Source: Octopus sinensis
Lineage: Eukaryota
Direction of reading: 5' to 3'
Assembly (NCBI RefSeq): GCF_006345805.1
Contig: NC_043001.1
Location: 8,494,001 to 8,558,000 of the forward strand
DNA: 64,000 bases
Each line of letters begins with the position of its first letter. Within the stretch, counting starts at the first letter, position 1. The notes under the pieces are model-generated. The model was not told where the DNA came from and searched no databases. It saw only the letters and a list, made by a program, of their open reading frames with translations. The translations under genes and the position numbers were made by a program. This document shows positions 14,957 to 28,159 of the stretch, in pieces.

Positions 14957-17900
14957 TCATAGGATTATGCTCAAGGTGGCTTCGTCATTCATACGTGCCA
15001 TTCTTGCTACATTCACCCATCTTTTTTTAAAACATTCGCTAGACAAAACTTGCCTCTCTACTCTCACTTTCCTTTTCAAGTGGTACTTGAAGAAGTTGAT
15101 GAGAGATTGACCAGAGAGGAAAGTGTTTGTCTCCAATCCTTTCAGACGTGTCCACCAGATACATTCTTTTGCCATAGCCACAAGGATGATGAAAATAGCT
15201 CTTCCTTCTCGTTTGAAGGAAGGAGGCGTGACAATATTGACGATAGACTCAGCTGATAAACCGACTCGTCCCACACGTGACAGCAGTTGTTCGACATAAG
15301 CCCACAGGTCGGAAATTGTTGGACACTGAACGAGTGCGTGCAGAACGGTTTCGTCGCTCTGACCGCATCTCGGGCAGGTCGGCCCCGTGTTTCTCGAGCC
15401 GTGTCTGTAGAGCTTATCCCGAACGGGTAGCGCTTCTCGGTAGCACTGCCAGGCCAGGGATCTCTGGAAGTTGTCCGTGGGCCCTGGCCCGAAAGTCGTC
15501 CTGAACAGGCGGGTCAGGTACTCCTCGTCGACGTCCAGGTTCGCCCCGAGCTCGTCGTCGTACCTCCCCTCACTACTAAACCCCTATAGAATGCTTTGGT
15601 TGTGTTGAAGTCACTTAAGGTCGACCCAGGACGGCAGAGTTGCTTGAGAGCAACGCGACACTCGCGGTGCCATTCGCCCTTCCTCGGCCTCTTTTTGATA
15701 CAAGACTGCAGTTCGGTCATGGAGACGAGCTGCGGGAAAGCGTGCCTCACAAACGGCGACCACACCTGTTCACCGTCGTCTACATAGAGCCAGAGATGTC
15801 GCAGTCTCAGCGCGTATCTGCGCATCATCAACCACGGCATGCCTAGTCCTCCTTTTAACGGGTGTTGACAGCAAATGGATCGCCTGACCATCGGGATGCA
15901 TCCTTTCCACAAGAAGCGAAAGAGAATGCGTTGTAGTTTGGTGATGGTAGGGTCGGGACAAGGTACGACGGTCAGGCGGTAGTAGATGACGGACGCGATG
16001 TACGTGTTCGCCACCTCCGCTCGACCTTTTAGGGACAGTTTCCTCTCGGACAATTGCCGGGCGAGAGTGACCACCCTACTCGTTATCTCGTTCCAGTTCT
16101 TCTCCACTTGGAGGTCCGGACCAAACCAGACCCCGAGCAACTCAACCGGGCCGTCGGTCCAGCGTCCCACGACGGAGGCGCTGGTGGACGGCATGGGCTT
16201 GCTTCTCCAGGTGCCTAGTCGCAAGCCCACTGATTTTCCCGGTTGATTTTCGCTCCTGTCACCGCTTCGTAGTTTTTCAGTGTCTCGCCGACCAGCTCGA
16301 TGTGCTCGTGGCTAGACACTATGACGGTGACGTCGTCCGCGTATGCAGACACGCTCGTCCCGCATCCCAATTCTCGCGGGATGCCCCTTAGAGTCGCCAG
16401 CTTCCGCAGTAGTGGCTCAAGAGTCAATACGTATAGAAGCGCCGAGAGGGGGCATCCCTGACGGACCGAACGTGCAATGTCGAAAGGTCTCGATAGATGT
16501 CCATTTACGCGAATTACCGAACAGATGCCTCTGTACAAGGCAGCTATCCAGCCGCGGAAGACGGGACCGAAACCAGCCGCTCCCAGGACTGCCTCCAAGT
16601 ATCGATGGTCTACGCTATCAAAGGCTTTCGATTGATCCAAGTTGATCAGGGCCCCACCCATGCCAGGTTCGTTAACTACCCTGTCTATGATGTAGCGCAT
16701 CAGATGGAGGTTGTCATGGATGGTCCGGCCTGGCACGGCGCACGTTTGCGCCTTGTCGACCAGTTTCTCGATGACAAGCGCCAACCTCTTGGCTAGCACC
16801 TTGGCCAAAATTTTCAAGTCTGCATTAAGCAGAGTGATGGGCCTAAAGTTATCTATTACATTTCCCTTGTTTAGATCTTTCTTCAGCAGTGTTACGGCTC
16901 CTCGGCTCACAAAACCAGGAATGCTCCGGTTTTGCTGCCAGTTGCAGTACACCGCCGCCAAGAGATCTCCAAACAAGTCTGGCATACAATTGTAAAGCTC
17001 GTAGGGTAGACCATCCAAACCCGGTGATTTGTCCCTCGAGCATTCTGCCATCGGTTCCTGCATTTCCGCCGCCGTGATGGCACCTTCGCAACACCCTGCC
17101 TTTCTTGTCGAGAGTCGTGGTAGGCTATGTAGGTAGGCACTGAAGTCCACCCTACGTTCTTGCCCTCCACTCGTTCCGAACAGTCGGGCAAAATGCTGCT
17201 GAAAGGCCTCACACATTTTACTTGGCTCGAGCAATTCGCGCCCCTGTTCATCTACCAGGGACCGAATGGTGGCTTTGTTGCCCTGTTGCGCCTCTGCCAC
17301 CCGGGCCTCTCTCGCGGCTCCAACACCTTCGTTCCTTAGAGCACGCATCCTAGCTCTGACAGCACATCCTTCGTGTTTGACGTTGAAGTGTTGGTCGAGG
17401 GCCAACCTCGCCGCCAAAACGTCGGATGCGATGCCGCATCTAATTGCCTCTTCTAGCTTCTTAACTAGCTCACCCTCTACTCTATTTCTATCTATGGCTA
17501 GTGCTTTGCTGTACCTAATCGCTTCTGCTTTTACTGCTCTCTTGAGGGCAAACCACCATTTGTTGTTGATGATGGCTCCCGTCAAAGCCCTCTTTACTAG
17601 TGTGCTAATCCGGTCTCTGAAAACCTGTCTCGATGGGAAAGACGCGTTTAGTTTCCAGTGTCCGGGACCCTGCCTAAGTGTCTTACCTAAGTCTAGCGTA
17701 CATGTCACAAGTTTGTGATCCGTGTAGCTGACTATGTGGAATTGTGGACATCCTATGCTATCTCTATCTACTGTCCTACACAGTATCCTATCTAGATACG
17801 ATCTCGACGACCAGATGCGGTTGCTCCATGTCCACGTTGGCGCATTCGGGTGGTCTAGTCGGAACCTGTCAGACAGTTGAAAGCGTCTGAGCAGGTCTCT

Positions 17901-18395
17901 GAGGCATTTGCATCCCCGTCTATTCCTATCTCTACCCACGTAGTCTACATGCGTGTCCAAGGTAGCATTCCAATCCCCCACTAAGAGTAAAGGACGAGAC
18001 GTTCCCAAGAATACTTCTAGACGTTGAAAGAAATCCGCCCGACCTGTTAAGGGCGGTGCGTAAACTGATACGAGTCGAAAAGCGCACCCATTGCTGCCGC
18101 CGACATCCAGGACGACCAGTCTACCCTCCGGGTCTACGAATATTGTCCTTACTTTGAGATCCAGACTCTTGTGAAAAAGTACCGCGGTGCCACTACCGCC
18201 CATTCTCGGCAGACAGGGGGGAAAATAAATGTTGAACTGTCCGCCAAACATGGTCTTTAGGGCCCGCGGATTGTGGAGTCTGGTCTCACTTATGGCTATG
18301 ATTTCTAACTTATGTGACTTTATGTCATTTAAGAGGTACCCTTGTTTCCAAGGGGACCCCAAGCCACGGGCATTTACACAACCAATCTTGATCAT
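14957..18395 (-). CDS. LINE ORF2: AP endonuclease + reverse transcriptase + C-terminal CCHC zinc finger; two frameshifts (near 16240 and 15570)
   Basis: IGCVNARG, IIAISET, GDWNA and SYLDRI, SDHK-like TDHK (APE); KSPGLDG, FRPITLLN, LDQSKAFD, QGCPLS, YADD (RT). Reading past the second shift gives TCPRCGQSDETVLHALVQC, in frame with track ORF 14957..15274. Confidence 0.95.
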
Positions 18396-18426
18396 AGTTC
18401 TAATGAATTAGAATACAGAGGGTTAC

Positions 18427-20618
18427 TTACTGCTCGAAAGTTTTTGCTTTCTCCTCCGTTGGTTTGTCCTCGAGAAGATCCCAGTACAGTTTCTTTGTGA
18501 GATATTTTTGGCATTTACCAACCGCACTGGGGAAAATGCCTTTGAGTGTGTGGTGCAGACTTTTGGAGATGTGTAATATTTTGATGTGGTCTGGTGGTGT
18601 TGTGTATGGGTGATTGTTTGTTTTTATGTCATCTTCTGTTATGTTTGTTTTTGATTGGATGTATTCCATCAAATTTGTGTTTTTGGTGTCTATGGCTGTG
18701 AGCATGTTTGCTGTATATGTTTTTGTGGTGTTGGTGTGGCTGTTGTTTGCGTTGGGTTTTGAAATGTCTTCGGGAGATGTATTTCCCCTTGCTTTGTTCG
18801 TGTTTGCATTTGGTTTGGTTGTGTTTCTGCTCTTTATTTTCCTTCTTTTTGTAGCTATTTGCCATTCCTCACTGGTTTCGTCTTCCGACGAAATTACTGA
18901 GCAATCAGAAGGGGGTAGGGGTATGTTGTGGGCTTCTATGTATGTCTGTGTAAGTGGTTGTGTTGTTGTTTTCGTTGTTGTTGGTTGTTGAGTGTTTGTG
19001 TGTGTTGAGTGCGGTATAAGGGATGGGGGATCAGTTTGTGTGTGTTTTCTTTGTTTTTCTGTTCCTTTGGGTTTTGCTGTTGTTCTTGGTGTTTGAATTG
19101 GTTTATTTGTTGTTGGTGGTGATGATTCTGTTCTTGGCGCTGGTGTTGGTGTTGTTTGGTTGGGTTGGCTTGTTCTTTGTTGTTTTTCCTGCATTTCCGC
19201 ATACAGCTTCTTGACTAGCTGTCCATATTTTGGTGTGGGCAATAAACCTGGCTTTTGTGATTTTTCCTGTGGCTGTTGCTGTTGTTGTAATTTTGCGGCA
19301 GATTTGCACTCCTTTTTGAGGTGTGCCTCACTGCCACATGTATAGCATCGTGGCCTTCTGCCCTCGACTACTACGTATAACTTGCGGCCATCCTCAAGAT
19401 GTACGTGGGTGGGGATTTTATTTATGTCCTCTTGACTTATGTGGAAGAGGAACTCTATTCTCTTTCCCAGCCAGTCCTTGTTTTCCGAAACACCGATATC
19501 TAGGATGTTTAAGTCCTCCATTTCGGATGTTAAGGCGGATGTTATCCACAGTGTTGTAGTCACATGGGGGACACCACTGATAATGAATTTCGTCACCTTC
19601 TGGCCGAGGTAACTCGGTGTCAACGTTAGTTCATCAGAATGAAGGGTTATCGTTGAGAATTTCTTCGCCAACTCTTCATTCTGAAAAACCACCTGTACGT
19701 GTGCGAACAGTCACACAATCCTTGTATCCCCAGATGGGGCGTAAGCACTTTTCGACTTTGTCTGTGCTTGCCTTTTCTGGACTTTTAGTTTTTTTTATTT
19801 GTGATTTTATATACGATTGTCTTTTTTTTCTCCTCATTCAGTATGTGCTGAGGTATGTGTAAGAGTATTTTTCCGTTTTCATTTGTAATAAGGTTTCTGC
19901 AATCTTTAATCTGTTGTGTAGTAAACGAAACTTTTGTTACCTTTTCTTTTATGGCCTCGGCGAAGTTTGTTGTTGTTTTGTTATTGTTGTTACTGCCGGT
20001 GGTGTTGGTGATGATGGCAGGGGTGTGGGTTGTAGGTTTGTGGTTGCTGATTATGCAACTAGCAAGGGGTGGAAAATTGCCTGCGTAATTTAGTCCTGCA
20101 TTAGCGCAAATTTCGGCATTTCGTTTGCTTGTCGTCGTTATTTTTTCACTTGTTGGTGATGGAGTGAGCAGTGGTTGAAGGGAATTGTTGTCGTCGTCGT
20201 TGTTGTTGTTGTTGTTGTTGTTGTTATTGTCGTTTTTGGTGACGGCGGTGGTGTTAGTAGTATTAGTAGCATTGACGGCACGGTCTTTGGTGGCGGTGAT
20301 GGTGGTGTTGGTATTGTTATTGGTGGCGATGTCTTTAGTAGGGATAGTAGTTTTAGTAGCAGATTCTGCCATGGTGTTGTTGTCGGTGTTGGTGGTGGAC
20401 TTACTGATGGTGTTGACGGTGCTTGGCCTTGCGACCTTTGTTTTGTATTTGTTGCTGTTGTCGATGTTGATGGTGGTGGAGGTGATGGTGTTGTTGTCAG
20501 GTTCAGCATATGCTAACAAAGCATCCTGTTTTTCTGTCTCTGCGTCACGCTTGACTTGCACCTCAGCCTCGTGGTGACCAGTGGCCATTTTGGAAATAAA
20601 ATGGCTAAATGAAACCAC
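18427..20618 (-). CDS. LINE ORF1 (nucleic-acid-binding, one CCHC knuckle), probably one ORF split by two frameshifts near 19790 and 19695
   Basis: CYTCGSEAHLKKEC knuckle in 18427..19692. The sequence between the track ORFs reads TKSPEKASTDKVEKCLRPIWGYKDCVTVRTRTG in a third frame after an A-run. The likely true ATG is MATGHHE at 20588. Confidence 0.8.
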
Positions 20619-20807
20619 GAAGGCTATGAGAATTTTTTCTTTTAAATTTTGCCCACAAGGGGCAAAATTTTGTGTAGATATTTATCAAAGGTTTGCAGTG
20701 GATGTTGTTGCACAACTTTTAAACACAAAATATTTGTCAATATACACTTTTGAACGTATAAAAATACCAACTTACGTGGAGCCCATTTGACTTGCGTCTG
20801 TCTGTCC

Positions 20808-20895
<88 letters not shown>

Positions 20896-20920
20896 CAGCT
20901 AGATAGATAGACATATAGAC

Positions 20921-21008
<88 letters not shown>

Positions 21009-21304
21009 GGATGGATGGATAGATACATGCTGTAACTTGAGATTCCTTTACTCCGCTTTCTATTTTCATATAGTTTACTTCCTCTTTTGCTCTCACTCAC
21101 TCACTAACAAAATGGTGATTCATAAAAGTAAATTATTCATATCGTCATGACCTGAAAATGTGAAATTGTGCTTTCATTGGTAACTATGACTGGACGTTAC
21201 CTAATGAGAAACCAGTTAAGACGAACATAAATAAGCATGTGCGCCTTTTATATGTATATGTGTGTCCGAGCGTGTGTGTGCATACTATATTCGTTGATTC
21301 GTTT

Positions 21305-21553
21305 ATGTTTCAGTCAATTGACGGGGGCCATGATGGAGCACCACCTTTAGTCGAGCAAAGCGACGCGAGGACTTATTCTTTGTAGGCCTAGTACTTATTC
21401 TATCGAGCTCTTTTACCGAAATGCTAAGTTATGGAGATATATAGACACACCATCATCAGTTGTCAAGTGATACAGGGAGGACAATTGCAGATGCTCCAAA
21501 ATACACACACACACACACACACATATATATTTGTGTGTGTGTGTGTCTACCAA

Positions 21554-21606
<53 letters not shown>

Positions 21607-21765
21607 ATATATATACGACGAGCTTCTTTCAGTTTCCGTCTACCAAATAGACTCACAAGGCTTTGGTCAACCCGAGGGTATAGTAGAAGACACTTGCCCA
21701 AGACGCCAAGAAGCTTGACTGAAACCCTGAGTCATGTGGTTGGTAAGCACACATCACTCCTGCGC
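21305..21765 (-). mobile_element. tRNA-derived SINE, family A
   Basis: Shares the head and body (gcaagtgtcttctactata, ggtagacggaaactgaaagaagc, ctcgactaaagg) with copies at 22035, 45739, 48235 and 52262. Confidence 0.85.
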
Positions 21766-21789
21766 TTTAATATATATATATATATATAA

Positions 21790-22017
21790 ATTTCTTCACT
21801 AACCACAAGGGGCTAAACACAGAGGACAAACAAGGACAGACAAACGGATTAAGTCGATTCAATGGACCCCAGTGCGTAACTGGTACTTATTTAATCGACC
21901 CCGAAAGGATGAAAGGCAAAGTCGACCTCGGCGGAATTTGAACTCAGAACGTAGCGGCCGACGAAATACCGCTAAGCATTCCGCCCGGCGTGCTAACGAT
22001 TCAGCCAGCTCGCCGCC
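21790..22017 (-). mobile_element. tRNA-derived SINE, family B
   Basis: Minus strand reads ggcggcgagctggctgaatcgttagc (A-box-like), gagttcaaattcc (B-box), then gtcgactttgcctttcatcctttcggggtcga. Homologous copies at 25714 and 41191. Confidence 0.85.
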
Positions 22018-22034
22018 ATATATATATATATATA

Positions 22035-22200
22035 GGCGCAGCAGTAGCCGTGTGATAAGTAGCTTGCTAACCAAACATATGGTTCCGGGTTCAGGCCCAC
22101 TGCGTGGCATATTTGGCAAGTGTCTTCTACTATAGCCCCGGGCCGACCAGTGCCTTGTGAGTAGATTTGGTAGACGGAAACTGAAAGAAGCCTATCGTAT
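22035..22200 (+). mobile_element. SINE family A, head portion
   Basis: ggcgcagcagtagccgtgtgataag...ccgggttcaggccc (A/B-box-like), matching the reverse complement of the right end of 45739-46155. Confidence 0.85.
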
Positions 22201-22620
22201 ATATGTATATTATGTATATATATATGTATGTGTGTGTGTGAGCGTGTGTGTGTGGTGTATGTAAATATATATATGTGAATATATGTATGCGTATACATAT
22301 ATATGTATGTGAGCATGTGTATGTGTGTGTGTGTACGTATGGATGTATATATATATGCACAGGCATGCACACATATTATTCGTGTATGTTGTATTCTGTA
22401 TTATACGCATGTTTTATATAAGGTGGATAATATTTTTTTTCTCTGAAAAGATACATCACGCTAAATATAGAATTCCCTAATAAGCAGGCATTTAATCGAG
22501 TTTGTTTATCTCTTACAGTTGAAATCTTTAACACTGATTCAGGATTCCGTCTCGTGACATGTTCATACATTTCAAAGTAAAATTCAATAAATTTTTGGGG
22601 ATAGAATCTGTTTTTGATAA

Positions 22621-24919
22621 CACTGGTCAACAGAATTAAATATATTACGCTGAATGTGAACGCAAAGCAATTTTTTTTAGACTAATGTTACACGCTGGTT
22701 TCAAAATTTCATTCCATTTGTATGCATCACGTATCAGGTTTTCAGTTGACGCATTCAAATATTTACATATTTGTAGGTATGAAATTATTAACGTAATAAA
22801 TATGACGTTTACGGAGTTAAAAATCATAACCATCATTCTACCGAGTGAATACACATAAAATAGGTCAGGCAAAACAGACACACTTAGAAGAACAAAATCA
22901 AAATTATTGTGATTTGGATTTCCAGTGGTGTTCCTGATCTGGCTGATCACGGTAAAGTGTCCAGCAGTAGGCAGCCAGTATATCAGAAGTCTTGTTACCT
23001 TTTCTCCATAAAAAATCTTTCACCATGTTCATCATACGCTACTCCAAGGTTATCGGCAAAGAAATCCAGAGGAGAGTCCAAGAAGTGAACTTTCATTGTC
23101 ATGCGACAACCTATTGCTGAGTAACATTTCAGAAGATTCTTGATGCCATCTTTGTAGTCCTTTGCCTTTTTGTTATCTAAGAAACTTTCATTCTCACAGA
23201 TCCAATTGAAATCATTCTAGGCAGGCAGTTACAGATTATCCAATGTTGCCTTGAAGAGGACATCTTTGAGAACTTCTCTAATTTGGGGTCAGACACTCTC
23301 TTACAACTACGCTAGTGTGACTTTTGGACACTTCTCTACAATATACTCAACACTTCCGTTATTTCTCTTCCCTAGTTTCTTTAAAAGCTATTTCATCAGT
23401 CCAAGTGTTATGTGCAAAGGAGGCAATAGGGCATTCATGGACATACAAGTGGTGTATACTTCTCGCTAAATAGTCCTGGCTTGTATGATGTTCTTGTCTG
23501 CCAGTTTGATTCCGAATAATGTCTGTCAGTCGCCAAACTATCCCATAGACACAAGAAACAACAGTATTTTGTGAAACCTAACTTCATTCTAATTAACATT
23601 TCAATGACTTTTAAATCTCCACATATTTTCTATGAGGATCTTTCGTAGGCAAGTGCATGGAATAAAAGTTCCATATTCTCATATGATTCATGAAGCCGAA
23701 CGGAGTGTGCAATTGGAATGTAGGGCTTCAAATTACCATTATGGTGACATACAGCTTTTAAACCTCGCTTTGAATAGTCAGTAAACAAACGTCACTCTGC
23801 AGGATCATGATTTTGTGATAGACATTAGAAACGTCCATCGATGTTACTGCAATCTAAAAGCGGGCTTTCAACAGAGCAGAACGTTTGTAGATCCACATTT
23901 CTCTGCCAAAAATAAGTTATAGGAACACCTTGCTGTAGGAGACACTTCTCCTTCGGTCTTGACGCCAACAGTTCTACTTTATCTTTTGACAGGGATGGGT
24001 TCACAGCTAACGTCATCAGCCACGTGATTTTCCTCATCAGCACTATCGTGACACTCAGCAACTTTATCTGATGTTTTAATACCATCAATTGGTGGGACTG
24101 GAATTGTCAGATTCCTATTGTGAGGCACAGGTCTCATTGCAGAATCTTAATTGAAACACGCCATTTTGTGCTTATTCTTTATAGAAAATCCTGTGACATT
24201 TACTTTACAAAATTAACAACCATTAAACTGGTTTTTCGGCTCCGTCCATGTCATTGGAATGGCAAAATGCATGGACTTCTTCTTAATGAACCAGTCAGGA
24301 AAGCGATTACAGTAAGCTGAGCAGATATAATATGGTGCACACAAATTCGTCTATTCTTCAAGAGGACAGTCAGAGTAGCTTACAAACCTTCTTGATCTCT
24401 GGAGTTATTGTACGATTCTGAGCTTTCAAAATAAATTGTCCACAGACGTAACAAAACATATCAGGACAATTTCTACACTGTATGTATATTGTTAACACTG
24501 TAAAACAAGTTAAACCAAGTAAGAAAATAAACACAAACGCTTGTACTTGTATTGAATTTGTGATGAGGAAATATTTCTTCAGACCAATTACGACTGGACA
24601 ATTTAAGTTGTTAAAATACCTATTTCTTCAGACAAAACTTGTTTGGTTAATTTAAGGCGATGAAATATTGCATCTGGACTGTACAACAATAAATAATGCA
24701 GTTTATGTTAAAGGCATGTTTGTATGATGTAAATGAAGCACATGCATACACGTCAGCAATTTAAATTTCTATATAATGCATGAGCCAAAACCAAAACACT
24801 TTCTCATCTTGAAAAGTATACGTGATGTCAAAAAAATAATTATATATTTGAAATCAGTATTAGAAACTGCATTAATACATCTTGATACATGGTTGATGAA
24901 AAATACTTGCTGACCAGTG
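22621..24919 (-). mobile_element. Chapaev3-type (CMC superfamily) DNA transposon relic
   Basis: Termini CACTGGTCA...TGACCAGTG with TAA on both flanks (3 bp TSD) enclose a decayed transposase. The family name is from recall of the CAC termini, TWA TSD and motifs, not from a search. Confidence 0.72.
22930..24480 (-). pseudogene. Degenerate transposase of the Chapaev3-type element
   Basis: CRNCPDMFCYVCGQF (N-terminus), MHFAIPMTWTEPKN..GC*FC, MTMKVHFLDSPLDFFADNLGVAYDEHGERF and ILAAYCWTL (C-terminus), with many stops and frameshifts. Confidence 0.85.
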
Positions 24920-25713
24920 TAATTACGTGTCATTTTTATAATTTGTTTTTTTTAATATATATTTAGGGGGTTTGGAGTCATATAATGTGTATGATTTACA
25001 TTACTGGTACATCAGGAAAATATGAGAATAAATACCTGAATATTAAAATTAAGTATATAAACATGTGTGCATAAAACAAAAATATCCGTGTCCTTAGCGA
25101 AATAACTTTTTTATGTCACTAAAGTTATATTTTATATTTTGTGGAGAAACTTTTGTAGAGATAATGGTGTTACTTCCATATTATTGGGACAATAGAAAAC
25201 TTGAAATAAATAACTAGATTAACAGTAAAATTTATACATTCTGATGAGTGTCGCCCAAAGGTAGTAAAATTTAACACTGAAGGGTAACTGTATGAAAGAG
25301 AAATTGAAAATAATTTGAAATTCTTTTGGATACATAAGGCCAGTAATAGAAAATCAATTAAAATTATCAATACCGTATATTACTGATATTATTAATAAAT
25401 TATTAATACCGCATATTACTGATGATAAAGATCTAAGCTTAATATTTACCAAATAAATTTTCTCTAGCACAACTACTAGCCTGTTGCTACTTCCATATTT
25501 TAATCAAAAATCTTTCTTTACATTATGAATATTATATTTCAATAACGAATAAATTAAATATTTTTGCATCAATCACAAAACTTTTCGCAAGGACAAAAAT
25601 TATTGAGTCCACTAAATTAAATTCGATCACGCTAAGTGTGATCTGTATTATGTATAGATATCAGTTGGCGAAATAGCTACCCAGTAGAAGATGATCGTAG
25701 AAATAGTTCTTTA

Positions 25714-25941
25714 TTTCTTTAGTGTCCAAAGGGGGCTAAACATAGAGAGGACACACAAGGACAGACAAAGAGATTAAGTCGATTATATAGGCCCCATTGT
25801 GTAAGTGGTACTTAAGTAATCGACTGTGAAAGGATGAATGCAAAATCGACCTCGGCGGAATTTGACCTCGGAATGTAACGGCAGCCGAAACACCACTAAG
25901 TATTTCGCCCGGGGTCCTAGTGATTCTGCCACCTCATCGCC
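25714..25941 (-). mobile_element. SINE family B, diverged copy
   Basis: Colinear with 21790-22017. Confidence 0.8.
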
Positions 25942-26223
25942 TTACGATTGTAGAAATATTGCAAAATGTTTCGTGGCAGAGTCGAATATTCGCTCATTGA
26001 TATACACTGGGATTCGTTGCAAACTAGTTCAAATAACGTTTGAAGCAGCATTCCTAAACATTTCGGTAACGCAAGAATGTCTTTCCGCCATCGTCGTCAA
26101 CATTAGACATCGATTTTTAATCACGAAATATTATCTGTGCCAGAAATGGAGATTCGAAGCTGGAAATATATGATACAATCATGGAGTAGAATGAGCCCTG
26201 GTGTCAGAGAGATGTAAGTTATT

Positions 26224-26559
26224 GTTCAAACAGGCATGAAGTTAGAAAATAACAGACCGGGCATAACAATTATAGCTAAGGAAAAGCGACATTGCTTATT
26301 AATCAACCCATCATGTCTGTTTGATTTCAAGGTTGTAAAGAAAGAGGAAAGATGAGAATCAAAGAGATTGCAATCCCTTAAAATTTGGAGTATGAAAACA
26401 GTAAAGGTCGAGCCTATAATAATTTGTGCATTGGGAACAGTAAGCAAAAATATAGAGAAATCGCTGAAGGAGATTGAAATATAAAGTCATGTAGAGCTCC
26501 TACAGAAAGTTTGTCTCTTAGAGACAGCAAGGATTACCAGATGGGTTTTAAACATTTGA
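26224..26559 (+). pseudogene. R4/Dong-type LINE 3' fragment (restriction-like endonuclease)
   Basis: NNRPGITII..KRHCLLIN...IWSMKTVKVEPIIICALGTV...LLQKVCLLETARITRWVLNI*, a decayed PD-(D/E)xK RLE C-terminus. Confidence 0.75.
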
Positions 26560-26879
26560 AAGTATTGTGGATAAATAATGTTACAGGCAGCAACCCACTA
26601 CAGACATAAATCTTGCCAGGAATAAGCTGGGACCTGAGCTGGACTGAAGAAGTGCAGAGTAATCTACCTAAAAAGAGGCAAGGTGCACTCCTCAGCGAGG
26701 ATGTAATCACTTGATTAAACAAACTGAAACGGAAGAATATAAATAACTTAGTGTAATGGAATGCAACGAGGTAATAGAAAACGAAATGAAAGAGTAACAG
26801 AGGATAGATCATTTCCGAAGACTGAGATTAGTGCTGCGCTAGAAATTGCCTGGATGGAATAAGATACAAGCTGCTAATT

Positions 26880-28020
26880 AGTAGGCGATAGCATCAGTTT
26901 GGTATGGAGCGGGAATTATAAAATAGCAAAAGAGAGAAGTGAAATGAATTGTAAGAACAAAAAAACGTTGACAGTACACAGAGCCTTCCACTGATAGTGA
27001 CACCGTTAGGCTACACTTGTTCAGAAGAAAAGGTGGGAGAGGTTTGATCAGTTGCTCGGACTGTATCGAAGCAAAAGAAAACAGCCTAGTGTGTAATATC
27101 AGAAAAGCCACGGAGCCACTGTTAAAACACACGAAGAAGACAAGCGTCATTTAAACTGAAAATTGAGCAACTGAAGAAAATTTTAAACAAGAAATGAACC
27201 CAAAAAGAAAAACCACGGAGAGAAAAATGTATGGATAGTTTGCAAGATGTAAACGCCAACTCAGATACAGAGGACTGGTGGCAATGGATGAGGGTGGGGT
27301 GACCGGAAGGTAGAGAGAGAAGCACTCATATGCGCAGCTCAGGAACAAGCGTGAAGGAGTAAGTTGACAACGCTACAGATAGCGAAAAATACTGAATGTG
27401 TGGCGAGAAGGGTGAAACGGTATGGTACATCGTTAGTGAATGACCGAAATTGACGCAATGTAAATACAAACGACGCCATGATAAATGTGGCAAGAATGTT
27501 CTATTGGATGTTTTGTGGCAATCACGGCTTACAAAGATCCAAGACGTGGTGTGAATAAACTCCAGGAGTCAACGAAAATGAGAACTGCAAAATCCTGTGG
27601 GATGCAATGATCCAGTGCAATTACCTGACTAGACATTGGAATCCGGGCATTGTTGTGAATAAAAAAGATAGAACATGTATGATTATCGACCTTGGATACC
27701 CCGGTGACAACAAGAAGAACGTGAATAAATAAAAAATATACAACATTTAAGATTTAAAGTGGGAAATACGAATGTTGTGGTCAATGAAGAGAGTAGAAGT
27801 GATACCAATAGAAATTGGTGTACTTGTAAGTATCAGCACACAACTACCGGCATGGCTGAAAAAAGCTCGGTGCAAGTGTGAAAGTAGATCACCTACAAAA
27901 GTCAGTATTGCTTGGAACTTCTTTAAGCATGACCAGTAAACAAGTGTCACCACAATCTGCTGACTGTGGTAGCTGAAACTTTCCATCACACCCAGCAAAA
28001 TAAGCTGTGAGCTTTGATAT
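26880..28020 (+). pseudogene. R4/Dong-type LINE 3' fragment (RT C-terminus, CCHC, RLE, 3' UTR) ending at (AAT)n
   Basis: RRKGGRGLISC, EALICAAQEQA, CGEKGETV, YKRRHD and LQKSVLLGT motifs across stops and frameshifts; an (AAT)n tract follows directly. Confidence 0.8.
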
Positions 28021-28047
28021 GATAATAATAATAATAATAATAATATA

Positions 28048-28085
<38 letters not shown>

Positions 28086-28093
28086 TAATAATG

Positions 28094-28131
<38 letters not shown>

Positions 28132-28159
28132 TATAATAATAATAATAATAAAAATAATA

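Larger units (their letters stand above)
14584..20808 (-). mobile_element. Near-full-length L1-clade (Tx1-like) non-LTR retrotransposon inserted in a (GATA)n tract
   Basis: ORF1 (CCHC knuckle) and ORF2 (APE-RT-CCHC) lie in tandem on the minus strand. Same-orientation (GATA)n tracts abut both ends (about 14435-14583 and 20810-21020). The 3' boundary could alternatively be the T21 run at 14901-14921. Confidence 0.9.

Noticed and set aside
15050-17718. Plus-strand ORFs overlapping LINE ORF2
   Set aside because: Antisense shadows of a GC-rich coding sequence with no motifs.
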